Sequence record: MN871453.1
Length of the DNA: 64,000 nucleotides
Reading direction: 5' to 3' (one strand)
The translations under genes and the position numbers were made by a program. Positions within the stretch are counted from its first letter, which is position 1, and every line of letters begins with the position of its first letter. Of this stretch, positions 45,872-54,290 are shown in pieces. Below the pieces are notes generated by a model that saw only the letters and a program-made list of their open reading frames with translations, did not search any database and was not told the origin of the DNA.

Positions 45872-46731
45872 TTCACGCGTCCATCTTTAGCAGTTAAATA
45901 AGATTGGGTTGGTAACCCGTCGTCAGTGATATTTTCCCACCAAACGTTGGTTGAGAAAATCTGATCAAAAGCGATAGAGAGTTCGCCCAGGCCCTTAGAA
46001 AAAATTCCATGGGTCACGAAGAGACTGAGCGATTTCGGGTTTTGGGTATTGAGCTTTTTCGCCAGCTCAGTGAAAGTCCACCCACCATCGCAGATGTCGT
46101 CGACAACCAACAAATTACGACCTTCGATATTGTCATTGTCCAATAACGTAATGTCGAGAATGTTGCCGGTTTTAGTATCGCGCTTTTTGTTTGCGTAAAC
46201 GATAGGCACCCCGCCGAGTAGTTTTGCCAACTCTTCAGTTTTCTTCGCCGCGCCGCCGTCCGGTGAAACTAACACGACGTTATTTTCCCGAATCCAATTA
46301 GCCAATAAATTGTAGACAATTTTGGACTGTTCCAGGACGACGAGGTTTTTGATCAGCGCCGGGGTAACGTTAGAGTGAGGATCGTGTATCAACACTCGGT
46401 CTGCTTTCAGGCTGTTGAACAGTTCAGCAAAAACGCCGAGTGAAAACGATTCGCCTGCATTACAGACACGGTCTTGTCGCGCGTACGGGAAATAAGGCAC
46501 AACTAAATGGAGTTCTGTTTTCGCAGTGTATTTCCCAATACGACGAATGGCATCGACCAGTAACAGTAGACGCACTGCCTCGGTGGAGGATTTGATACTT
46601 CCTTCTATTTTAACAACACCGATATCATGAGGCGGTAGACCATGACGACTAATGGCGATATGTTCCTCGCCACCCGGGAAAGTTAAATTTTCATAAAGGA
46701 CCGGTTGGTCATCAAACGTAACTTTAAACAT
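45868..46731 (-). CDS. prs: Prs-family pyrophosphokinase, likely the NARP1 ADPR-PP synthetase (Adps)
   Basis: FPGGE, PYFPYARQDR, DPHS, VSPDGGA, VDDICDGGWTF, VTHGIFSKG. Confidence 0.88.
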   Translation of the reverse strand: MFKVTFDDQPVLYENLTFPGGEEHIAISRHGLPPHDIGVVKIEGSIKSSTEAVRLLLLVDAIRRIGKYTAKTELHLVVPYFPYARQDRVCNAGESFSLGVFAELFNSLKADRVLIHDPHSNVTPALIKNLVVLEQSKIVYNLLANWIRENNVVLVSPDGGAAKKTEELAKLLGGVPIVYANKKRDTKTGNILDITLLDNDNIEGRNLLVVDDICDGGWTFTELAKKLNTQNPKSLSLFVTHGIFSKGLGELSIAFDQIFSTNVWWENITDDGLPTQSYLTAKDGRVK

Positions 46732-46779
46732 TGTAACCCCTTTCAAAATGTTAAAACTTAATCTTCAAAATAAATATTA

Positions 46780-47319
46780 TCAGCGTGTTATTGGATTCTG
46801 TATTTTCACGAACGTAGAGAAACGACATCCCTCGTCTTCCCCGAATTCATGCGACTCAAGGGTCCAACCACGGTGAACGGTAGTATAAGAGAATAGTTTA
46901 CTGAGTTCTTGGATAAGATCAATGTCGAGCGGAACATTCCCTTTGGAGCGAATAGGGATTTCCGTCACGTAAAGCTTCTGTACCCGATCTAATAGTTGTT
47001 TGTAGATACTTACCCCTCCGCAAATAACAATCTCGTTGTAACCTTTTCTAGAGGCATCTACAGCGATATCTTCAAACGAGCTATAGGCAATGATATCAGG
47101 GATAGATTCGAATTGAGAAGGGTTACTTGTCAGAACGTAGTGGGTACGTCCGGGTAAAGCCCGTCCTATTCCTTTTGCTGTAGTAGAGCCCATGACAATC
47201 GCTTTATTTTTGGTTTTCCTGATGAACCATTGCATGTCTTCTTTGGAGCGCCAAGGGAGTTTATCGTCTTGACCAATAACGAAATCAAGATCGTGTGCTA
47301 CGATGAGAGAGAAAATCAT
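46780..47319 (-). CDS. folA: Dihydrofolate reductase
   Basis: IVAHD..FVIG..DKLPW..KEDM, VMGSTT, LPGR..YVLT, ICGGVSIY. Confidence 0.92.
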   Translation of the reverse strand: MIFSLIVAHDLDFVIGQDDKLPWRSKEDMQWFIRKTKNKAIVMGSTTAKGIGRALPGRTHYVLTSNPSQFESIPDIIAYSSFEDIAVDASRKGYNEIVICGGVSIYKQLLDRVQKLYVTEIPIRSKGNVPLDIDLIQELSKLFSYTTVHRGWTLESHEFGEDEGCRFSTFVKIQNPITR

Positions 47320-47368
47320 TGTGAGTTACCTTTCAGTGAGTTCAAAAGAAAAAACAGAAACGTGATAA

Positions 47369-47396
47369 TAGACAGAGGGTAAATACCCTCTGTCTA
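47369..47396 (-). terminator. Terminator hairpin
   Basis: TAGACAGAGGGTA-AA-TACCCTCTGTCTA. Confidence 0.75.
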
Positions 47397-47405
47397 TGAA
47401 TTAAA

Positions 47406-49889
47406 TTAAGCGAGCGTTACTGAAAACCAACTGTTCCATGCCGAGGTATTGGTGTTCCAAGTCCTCCGGTAAATCTTTGTACTGGCAGCGTTAAAGATTT
47501 CATAAGCCCCGGCTCTATTATTGGGGTGACCAGTGAACATTTCTACGGCACCTAATGACTCCGGCCAAAGTGAATCATTATAGATTGGGCTCTTAATCGT
47601 AGTGTATGGCGCAAACGAAAGGGGTGTAGTCGTGGTGTCAATCATTGAAACCATGTTATTAGTTAAATAACCGCCCACCATCTGCCAGTTATTATCCTTA
47701 TTGAATCTCCACCCAGAGATCTCCCCATAAGCTGAACCTGTAGTCTTGACAAACATTCCCTCCTCCCAGGTAATGTACTGATATCCCGGTAAAAGAGAGT
47801 TGTTTGGTTTTCCTAGTGTTGTAGAGTCATAGACCGTAGAGAATTCTTCGAGTATCCATTTTCCTTCTACCCCGACAGATACTTTACCTAAATATCTATC
47901 CCTTAAATGAACCCCTTTAACTTTTTGGATAGCAGAAAAGTTCCTACTGTTACGAACGACAGCAGAGTATCCATATATTTCTGGTTGGGTAGCTGAGTCT
48001 GTTGTTAGGACGTTAGAAATATAAATTGTGTCTGCGCTATTTCTTCTTATTGGTAAATTATTAAAGTATAATTTACTTGCCGTACTATTAGTATTACCCC
48101 AGTTAAGTACGAGCTGTGCCTCCATAATAGAGCTTGTAGTGGCGGTAGGTGAATTATGTACTACGTCGGAAATAGACATAGATGAAATTAATCTATCACC
48201 AACGCAATTGATGATGTTGTACGTGTCGTCAACAATTTTACTATTAACAGTAATACCGCTAATAGTAATTGTCGGGATGGTGGTGTAGCCAATAACAATT
48301 AATGACCGTGTACTCCCGGAAGGATAAAGTTTAATATTCGAGATGGTCAATGAATCTATACTCGAGGTATAGGTATTGGTCTTACCCGTATCGGCTGTCA
48401 ATATCCCTATTCTAATAGAATTATAAAGATGCTGGTTATTTGTAGTCCCAGCAACAGCGATGTCGATTTCACTAATAATCACAGAACCTATAGGTAACCA
48501 ATAATCGGTGGCTGAGCTATTTCCGGTAACGTGGTTGTTACCAATTCGTACTCCGCTATATTGAGTAAAGCCTTTGATGTTCGAAACATGGATTTTCTCG
48601 ATACCCACCCCGCCTTGTCCAGAAATTGAAACCGCATTCCAGGTATAAACTGTGGTCGTACCATCGAGGTCGCTTAACTTATGCCATGGGTTGACATTTC
48701 TAATTGTGATGGATCTGATCGTAAGGTAATCGAGATTTGTGATCATGTTAGAGTCTGAAGGAGTCCCACCTTCAATCCAAAGACACCCAGAAAATACAGC
48801 GACCATGTCATCGGTCGTGAACCCGTAAACATTTTCTATCAAGACATCTTCAGAACATCCGGTTATGCCGTCACCTCTAGATCCACCTTGAGGGAACGCG
48901 GTGGCAATATGAGACCAAACTTTAATATCTCTGGCATGAAAGAACTTGTTACCACCGTGGTTGATGTTATGGCCTCGAAAATCATGTACAAAGACATTTT
49001 CTAACAAAACTTTGTTAAAGAGACTAATAATCAAACCATGCGATAAATCGGAAAACGTCCCGCTCGCATTAAGTGTTTCTTCTCCTTGTCCCGCCCAGTT
49101 TCCATCCAACTCCCCTCCGTTCCAGTGGAAGTTATTCGTGCGGTCACCGACGATAACAAACATATTCTTTCTAACATTATTGGCTAACTTGAAGATAGTA
49201 CCCTCTTGACACTCTACAATGAAATCCTTAGAGATTAATACTTTTATTTTGCTATTTATCGTATATGTGCCGGCCGTAAAAATTACCTTTTTAGCTGACC
49301 CATTGAAAATAGAACGAATTCTTTCATCAATATCAACGATGTTTCCTCCTGTCACCCCGTAGTAATCGGAGAGAACAGTCCCTTCCTCTAATTCCCTTTC
49401 CCAGTAAAACCCCGCACCACTCGCCACGACCCCGCCATCATCGGTTTTTGTACCTTTATGACCGATGAAAGTCCCTCCTCCCAAGTTAGTCCCTTTATTC
49501 CAACCGAGAAGCGTCACTCGTTGTCCTTCGTAAACAACAGGTAGCGTGCGTAACGTTGAAAAACCATCAACTTCTAAAACTAACTGGGTGGAAATGCTTT
49601 GCTGTAATTTCCCGTAATAGTCAAAAGTAGCAAAAGAGTAATGGGTATCGACTAATAAATCTACAGAGTTACCATTGGCGTCTATCGGGGTACCTGTAGC
49701 TGACAACGCGATTGGTTGCGTTAATGCTACTATTGTCCCATCGCTTTTCCGCCCGGTAACAGTTAATCGATTAGCTGCGACCGTAGGGTCTGTCCCAGCA
49801 GCACCGATATATAACGTGCCATTTTTTGCCGGACGAAAACCATCGGCTAAGGAGAAACTTGAATTCTGAGGTGAAACGATATTAGACAT
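47406..49889 (-). CDS. Tailspike / depolymerase with a P22-type head-binding N-terminal domain
   Basis: Likely start MSNIVSPQ. FRPAKNGTLYIGAAGTDP..AANRL.V...DGT.V.LTQPI resembles the P22 gp9 N-terminus. Shared DDGG linker and beta-helix (RGDGI, GFTTDDMVA). Confidence 0.8.
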   Translation of the reverse strand: MSNIVSPQNSSFSLADGFRPAKNGTLYIGAAGTDPTVAANRLTVTGRKSDGTIVALTQPIALSATGTPIDANGNSVDLLVDTHYSFATFDYYGKLQQSISTQLVLEVDGFSTLRTLPVVYEGQRVTLLGWNKGTNLGGGTFIGHKGTKTDDGGVVASGAGFYWERELEEGTVLSDYYGVTGGNIVDIDERIRSIFNGSAKKVIFTAGTYTINSKIKVLISKDFIVECQEGTIFKLANNVRKNMFVIVGDRTNNFHWNGGELDGNWAGQGEETLNASGTFSDLSHGLIISLFNKVLLENVFVHDFRGHNINHGGNKFFHARDIKVWSHIATAFPQGGSRGDGITGCSEDVLIENVYGFTTDDMVAVFSGCLWIEGGTPSDSNMITNLDYLTIRSITIRNVNPWHKLSDLDGTTTVYTWNAVSISGQGGVGIEKIHVSNIKGFTQYSGVRIGNNHVTGNSSATDYWLPIGSVIISEIDIAVAGTTNNQHLYNSIRIGILTADTGKTNTYTSSIDSLTISNIKLYPSGSTRSLIVIGYTTIPTITISGITVNSKIVDDTYNIINCVGDRLISSMSISDVVHNSPTATTSSIMEAQLVLNWGNTNSTASKLYFNNLPIRRNSADTIYISNVLTTDSATQPEIYGYSAVVRNSRNFSAIQKVKGVHLRDRYLGKVSVGVEGKWILEEFSTVYDSTTLGKPNNSLLPGYQYITWEEGMFVKTTGSAYGEISGWRFNKDNNWQMVGGYLTNNMVSMIDTTTTPLSFAPYTTIKSPIYNDSLWPESLGAVEMFTGHPNNRAGAYEIFNAASTKIYRRTWNTNTSAWNSWFSVTLA

Positions 49890-49984
49890 ATTGACTCTCT
49901 CTAATAGATAAAAGTTTACATACGAATCTTCGTAACTTTTTGAGAGAATCTTAAAAATAATCAAAAAAAAATAAATTGCCATAG

Positions 49985-50015
49985 CCCTAGGGGATCCGTA
50001 ATGGATCCCCTAGGG
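49985..50015 (-). terminator. Terminator hairpin
   Basis: CCCTAGGGGATCC-GTAAT-GGATCCCCTAGGG. Confidence 0.75.
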
Positions 50016-50038
50016 TACGTTCGCGCCGAATAGCGGAA

Positions 50039-50344
50039 TTATTTAAACGCCGGGTGCAGTTTGATCGCTTTCACTTCGGCGGCCAGCTCTTTATCAGCTT
50101 TGGCTTCAGCGAGGTCAACCGCCTGCTGGAGATTAACCCAGAATTCGACGGTGGTTTTGGTAGCCTTTGCCAGGCGGTGCGCGGTGCGGATCGTCAGTTT
50201 GGTTTTACCGTTGATCAGGCGAGACAGCGTTGCTGTCGCCAGGCCGATATGCGCAGCGAAATCAGTCGGGGAAATTTCTTTCGGTTCCAGGTATTCTTTC
50301 AAAAGAATTTCGCCCGGCGTAGAAGGTTTGCGTGCTTTTGCCAT
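50039..50344 (-). CDS. higA: HigA-family antitoxin / XRE HTH (101 aa), in frame with an upstream ORF extending to 50764
   Basis: TPGEILLKEYLEP..IS...FA...G....LSRLING...LT...AHRLA.......FWVNLQ; its own AAGGA SD. Confidence 0.8.
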   Translation of the reverse strand: MAKARKPSTPGEILLKEYLEPKEISPTDFAAHIGLATATLSRLINGKTKLTIRTAHRLAKATKTTVEFWVNLQQAVDLAEAKADKELAAEVKAIKLHPAFK

Positions 50345-50765
50345 TTTCGGTTTTTCCTTTGGTTTTTCAGGAGGTTGCGTAGTATTACTGTTATTGCATA
50401 ATACTACTTCTTGACGTGAAAGATTACCGAGGAACAGAATCGAGCCAACAGTGAAAATCGACTGTTTTACGCCGTCTGGTGTATTACAGAAAAGGGAGAC
50501 CTGATTTTTATTTTTCTGCAGAAGATCAATGAGCAAATTAACATGATAATCTGGCGGATTATTCAGATCGCGGAAGAGCAGTGCTTCAGCTTCTGTAAAG
50601 CTGATCTTCTTCTCCTGTACCATCACCATCTGAAGAGGGAACTTTAACTTATGGACTAAGATCCGATACGGTAATGAAACTACCGTTTTCAAATTACCCT
50701 CTTTATCGAGAATGAATCGGTTGAGCTCTTCGTCTGTAATGTCATTATTAACGTAGTGAATCATT

Positions 50766-51176
50766 TTATTCTCCTTTTAAATCTCTTAAATCAATAAGTC
50801 CATCAGAATAAGATAATTTGAAAAGTCTTTCATCGTGCTGAATAAATTTAATCACAGCTTCATTTACTCCGACATCGATCACTTCGATGCAGCACAAAGA
50901 GACATGTACACCCGGATGGGATTTGCGTATCAAATATGACAGTTTACCTGTATTTTCCCGAATATCCTCCAAAGAAGATAGGTACTCGACCAAGACCATA
51001 CTTTCGTCTATATTGCCTATAATGAAGGAAGCCCCTGTTGATAAATGACTGATTGGATTCGGCTTATTGTAGGGCTTAACGGTGAAAGTACGGTCGCTAC
51101 TTATCAGCGTAAGATCATACGTTCCTTCTTGTACGCCTGGTACAACGTTTAAACCAAAGATACTCCTGATATTCAT
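50766..51176 (-). CDS. Hypothetical protein
   Basis: 136 aa. Confidence 0.6.
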   Translation of the reverse strand: MNIRSIFGLNVVPGVQEGTYDLTLISSDRTFTVKPYNKPNPISHLSTGASFIIGNIDESMVLVEYLSSLEDIRENTGKLSYLIRKSHPGVHVSLCCIEVIDVGVNEAVIKFIQHDERLFKLSYSDGLIDLRDLKGE

Positions 51177-51190
51177 TTAGCCCCCTCCCT

Positions 51191-51559
51191 TTAGGGCATG
51201 ACAACCCAATGCGCATCCGGAATATTTTCAGCGGCCCACTTCGCTGCCGCCAACATTTCGACTAATTCATCTTTCGGCCAGTAACCTCTTTCGTCTTGAT
51301 CGAAAGGTGGCCAGCCAACTAATGTATTGAGACGATAAAGAAATACGTCATTGATTGGTCCGTAACGAGTACCTTCGTGATTTTTACCGATGAAAGTCCC
51401 ATTAAGGAAATTTTGAGTGTATACGTTAACGTTGTACCATACCAGATTATTTATAAAGAAACTCGATTCTTTCCCGTGACATTTCGGAATTTCAGCGTAG
51501 TAATTATTGTTATCTTCGGCGTCTTGTTTTAATTCCCCAAACTGAAATAAAAAAGCCAT
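51191..51559 (-). CDS. Hypothetical protein
   Basis: 122 aa, AAGGA SD. Confidence 0.6.
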   Translation of the reverse strand: MAFLFQFGELKQDAEDNNNYYAEIPKCHGKESSFFINNLVWYNVNVYTQNFLNGTFIGKNHEGTRYGPINDVFLYRLNTLVGWPPFDQDERGYWPKDELVEMLAAAKWAAENIPDAHWVVMP

Positions 51560-51582
51560 TCATTTTATCCTTTATAGTGCGG

Positions 51583-51609
51583 GCCCTGGGAGAGGTTATC
51601 TCCCAGGGC
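51583..51609. terminator. Hairpin, probable terminator
   Basis: GCCCTGGGAGA-GGTTA-TCTCCCAGGGC. Confidence 0.6.
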
Positions 51610-51663
51610 GATGAAGTTTTTATTTTTTCTTTTGAACTGCTATTGCTTCCTGCCCAAGAGAAA

Positions 51664-52488
51664 TTAAATTCTCTCTACCACAGCTTTTAACCAAGCTTTA
51701 ACGATGTCCTGATTCAGCAAAGAAAGTTCATTGCTACCAAACCCTGGTTCAACGATGTGCAACCGATAATTCTGGTCGAGGTTATCCACTCCTACGGCAG
51801 GGGAAATCGTATAAACTCGGTTTGAATTAAAACCAAACGAAGGCCCGTTTTCTGAGTTAAAACTAACACCCGCCTTTAACATTACCCTCGTTTTAATTCC
51901 GGCAAAAAGCGCGTAGAAGACGACAGAGATTTTTGGTTTCAGGACGACCCCACCTTCGAATTTTCTTCCGTCGAAAACAGGAACATTTATTTTACGTTCG
52001 TGACAGAATTCTGCAATTACGTCGAAGAACGGGTTTAAAGTAACAGCCTTAACCGGTAACTGATTATAAACGTCGATAACCTTATCACTCTTGAAACCGA
52101 TATCATGACGGTTTAAAAGAAAATAATAAATATATTCGCCGAACCAATTCATAACCCGCCCAAGTTGAGAGACGAACTTCTCTTCTTGATCTTCAATATT
52201 TGAGTAAAGCTTATAGGGTTTCTGATTGATAAAACGAATAATTAAGTTATTGTCATCCACGCGTTCCGCAATCGATAACCAACGCATATCGGTTGTTTTG
52301 TCATGGGTAATCACCGGGATAATTTTATAATTCTCATTATCCCGTTCCGGCATAATATAGTTTTTAAGCCCAGGACGTTCTTCGCCGAGCCTAATACGGA
52401 ACTCTGGGGTATAAGGGTGCACCAGAGCAGCATCATTGGTGTTTTGGACTTCGTTTGGTAAAATAATCATCGTACATTTCCTTTTCAT
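51664..52488 (-). CDS. Hypothetical protein
   Basis: About 270 aa; likely start at 52470. Confidence 0.65.
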   Translation of the reverse strand: MKRKCTMIILPNEVQNTNDAALVHPYTPEFRIRLGEERPGLKNYIMPERDNENYKIIPVITHDKTTDMRWLSIAERVDDNNLIIRFINQKPYKLYSNIEDQEEKFVSQLGRVMNWFGEYIYYFLLNRHDIGFKSDKVIDVYNQLPVKAVTLNPFFDVIAEFCHERKINVPVFDGRKFEGGVVLKPKISVVFYALFAGIKTRVMLKAGVSFNSENGPSFGFNSNRVYTISPAVGVDNLDQNYRLHIVEPGFGSNELSLLNQDIVKAWLKAVVERI

Positions 52489-52543
52489 GACCAGTTAGTG
52501 GTCTGTTACGTTAAGTAAGAGAATTTTAGATTCTCAGATATAA

Positions 52544-52568
52544 AGTGTAGAGATGTTGTCTCTACACT
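52544..52568 (-). terminator. Terminator hairpin overlapping promoter P7
   Basis: AGTGTAGAGA-TGTTG-TCTCTACACT. Confidence 0.7.
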
Positions 52569-52596
52569 AGAGTGATATAGACGTTAACCAGATTGG
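52564..52596 (-). promoter_or_regulatory. Putative early promoter P7
   Basis: CCAATC-N11-TATATCAC-N4-GTGT. Confidence 0.6.
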
Positions 52597-53123
52597 GTTT
52601 CTGTAGCCTTTACGTAAATGCCCGTTTCTACATCTAGTGTAAAGCCCACGACCTCCAGATTAACCCGCTCATTACCTTCGGCAGTAATTTTGAAACGTGC
52701 ATTACAAGTCTCAATGTTAACTTCCCCGTCGACGCAGATAAATGCGTCATCGATCAGTCCCGGTATATCGATTTCAGTCCCATTGACTAAATCGAATACT
52801 CGGAAGTTATACGTCGTATTCTGAGTGGGGCGAAAACGCGGGTAATGAACAACGACGTGACCTGAACTTTCGAGTTCACCGTCTTCGTTAAATTTGGTGT
52901 AACGGATGAGTAATTTATCTACCGCAAAATCCGATAGCGTACGTATTTGCATATCGGAGAATGTTAACTCCCCGCTTGCTGCCGCCAAACCAACCAAATT
53001 AAACCCGACGTCAGAGTTTGCTTTAAAGAACACTTGCCCTTCTGCCTCAGGAATTCCGGTAACAAAATGCTCTTGATTTTCTTTGATGATTTTGAACTGT
53101 ATTTTCTTAATATCGGTAAACAT
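52584..53123 (-). CDS. Hypothetical protein
   Basis: 179 aa, AAGGTG SD. Confidence 0.65.
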   Translation of the reverse strand: MFTDIKKIQFKIIKENQEHFVTGIPEAEGQVFFKANSDVGFNLVGLAAASGELTFSDMQIRTLSDFAVDKLLIRYTKFNEDGELESSGHVVVHYPRFRPTQNTTYNFRVFDLVNGTEIDIPGLIDDAFICVDGEVNIETCNARFKITAEGNERVNLEVVGFTLDVETGIYVKATETQSG

Positions 53124-53143
53124 AGCTTTGTCACCTTAATATT

Positions 53144-53587
53144 CTATTCGACGTTACTGTATCGATCACCCGCCCATACTACGGGCATTAATAGTCCTCG
53201 ACCGATTTCTTGTTCACGGTCTTTTTGTTTATCTTCGTCCGAGAAATCGTCGATTCTCATCAACTGGCGCGATTCAAAAAATGCACTGAAATTCTTACCT
53301 TCTTGATCCAGGAATGATTCCGCTAATCCTTTAAAGGTGAAATGACTACCATCTTCGATCCTATTTCCCGATACATTGACGAAGGTTTTAACATTGCCGT
53401 TGACCATCCACCCTGCCGACGAAGACGCCCCCGTCGCAATAATGCCCTGTCCATCTAAGTTAAGAAGAATTCTTACCGATTCTTTCTCCATAACTTTAAA
53501 TTGAACGACTACTTCTTTCCCTACGTTATCAGGGTTTTCATTATCGCTAATGACGATCGCTAAACAACCGGGTTCTAAAGGTTTCAT
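53144..53587 (-). CDS. Phage hypothetical protein
   Basis: EPGCLAIV...NVGKEV...LMRID motif, recalled from other phage hypotheticals. Confidence 0.65.
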   Translation of the reverse strand: MKPLEPGCLAIVISDNENPDNVGKEVVVQFKVMEKESVRILLNLDGQGIIATGASSSAGWMVNGNVKTFVNVSGNRIEDGSHFTFKGLAESFLDQEGKNFSAFFESRQLMRIDDFSDEDKQKDREQEIGRGLLMPVVWAGDRYSNVE

Positions 53588-53964
53588 TTATCTTTCTCCT
53601 GCACAAGGAAATATTCACGTATTCCCTCCGCTAATGGACCAAAGTCAGAAACCAACTGTAATAGAGATAATTGGTCATCGGTCTGTCGCAGTCTTTCGAG
53701 CCCTATATGAGGAGGCTTCAGACCGACAGTAGAGAGCTCTAGTTTACCGAGGTATATCTTTGTCTGCCCGCGATCGAGGAACGCATGAAATGTCAATTCC
53801 GGTCCAGTGGCAAGGATTAGTCCGTCGAAGGGATTCTTCCCGTTATAGACACTCTCCCTTTGAAAATGGAAAGCCGCTGCTACTTTCTCTCCCTCTCCCA
53901 ATTCTTTTTGGCAATGTTTCAACCAACGTTCAGTAAGTTCCGCTTCTTTGAATTTGAATTCCAT
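53584..53964 (-). CDS. Hypothetical protein
   Basis: 126 aa. Confidence 0.6.
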   Translation of the reverse strand: MEFKFKEAELTERWLKHCQKELGEGEKVAAAFHFQRESVYNGKNPFDGLILATGPELTFHAFLDRGQTKIYLGKLELSTVGLKPPHIGLERLRQTDDQLSLLQLVSDFGPLAEGIREYFLVQEKDK

Positions 53965-53973
53965 TTTGTACCC

Positions 53974-54231
53974 CTATAATTTTTGGTTCAATTCCATGGC
54001 AACTTCGATGAATTCTACCATGGTGCCTACTATCTCTTCCTTAATATCCAAGTCAACATCAGTAAGCGCATGTCCGATTCCCCTACGGTCAAGGAGATCG
54101 TCTATTATCGCCAGCGCAGCTAATCTGGCAGGGCTTGAAGTCAATCTTTCGCCACTATCATAAGGGTATTTTGCGGCGTTGAGCATAGTTTCTAATGTGG
54201 TCAATTCAATCACCTCTTCTTTATATTTCAT
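53974..54231 (-). CDS. Phage hypothetical protein
   Basis: 85 aa, ARLAALAIIDDLLDRRGIGH. Confidence 0.6.
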   Translation of the reverse strand: MKYKEEVIELTTLETMLNAAKYPYDSGERLTSSPARLAALAIIDDLLDRRGIGHALTDVDLDIKEEIVGTMVEFIEVAMELNQKL

Positions 54232-54247
54232 TAATCAAAATAAAAAA

Positions 54248-54271
54248 GTATAGGGGATTTCTCCCCTATAC
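54248..54271 (-). terminator. Terminator hairpin
   Basis: GTATAGGGGA-TTTC-TCCCCTATAC with TTTTTT on the minus strand. Confidence 0.8.
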
Positions 54272-54290
54272 CGGCTTTATGTTCCTAAAC

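Noticed and set aside
24469-49982. N-terminal extensions in the ORF track (e.g. 25245, 35081, 44000, 49982)
   Set aside because: Downstream ATGs have good SD sites, while the extensions overlap neighbouring genes, terminators or promoters.
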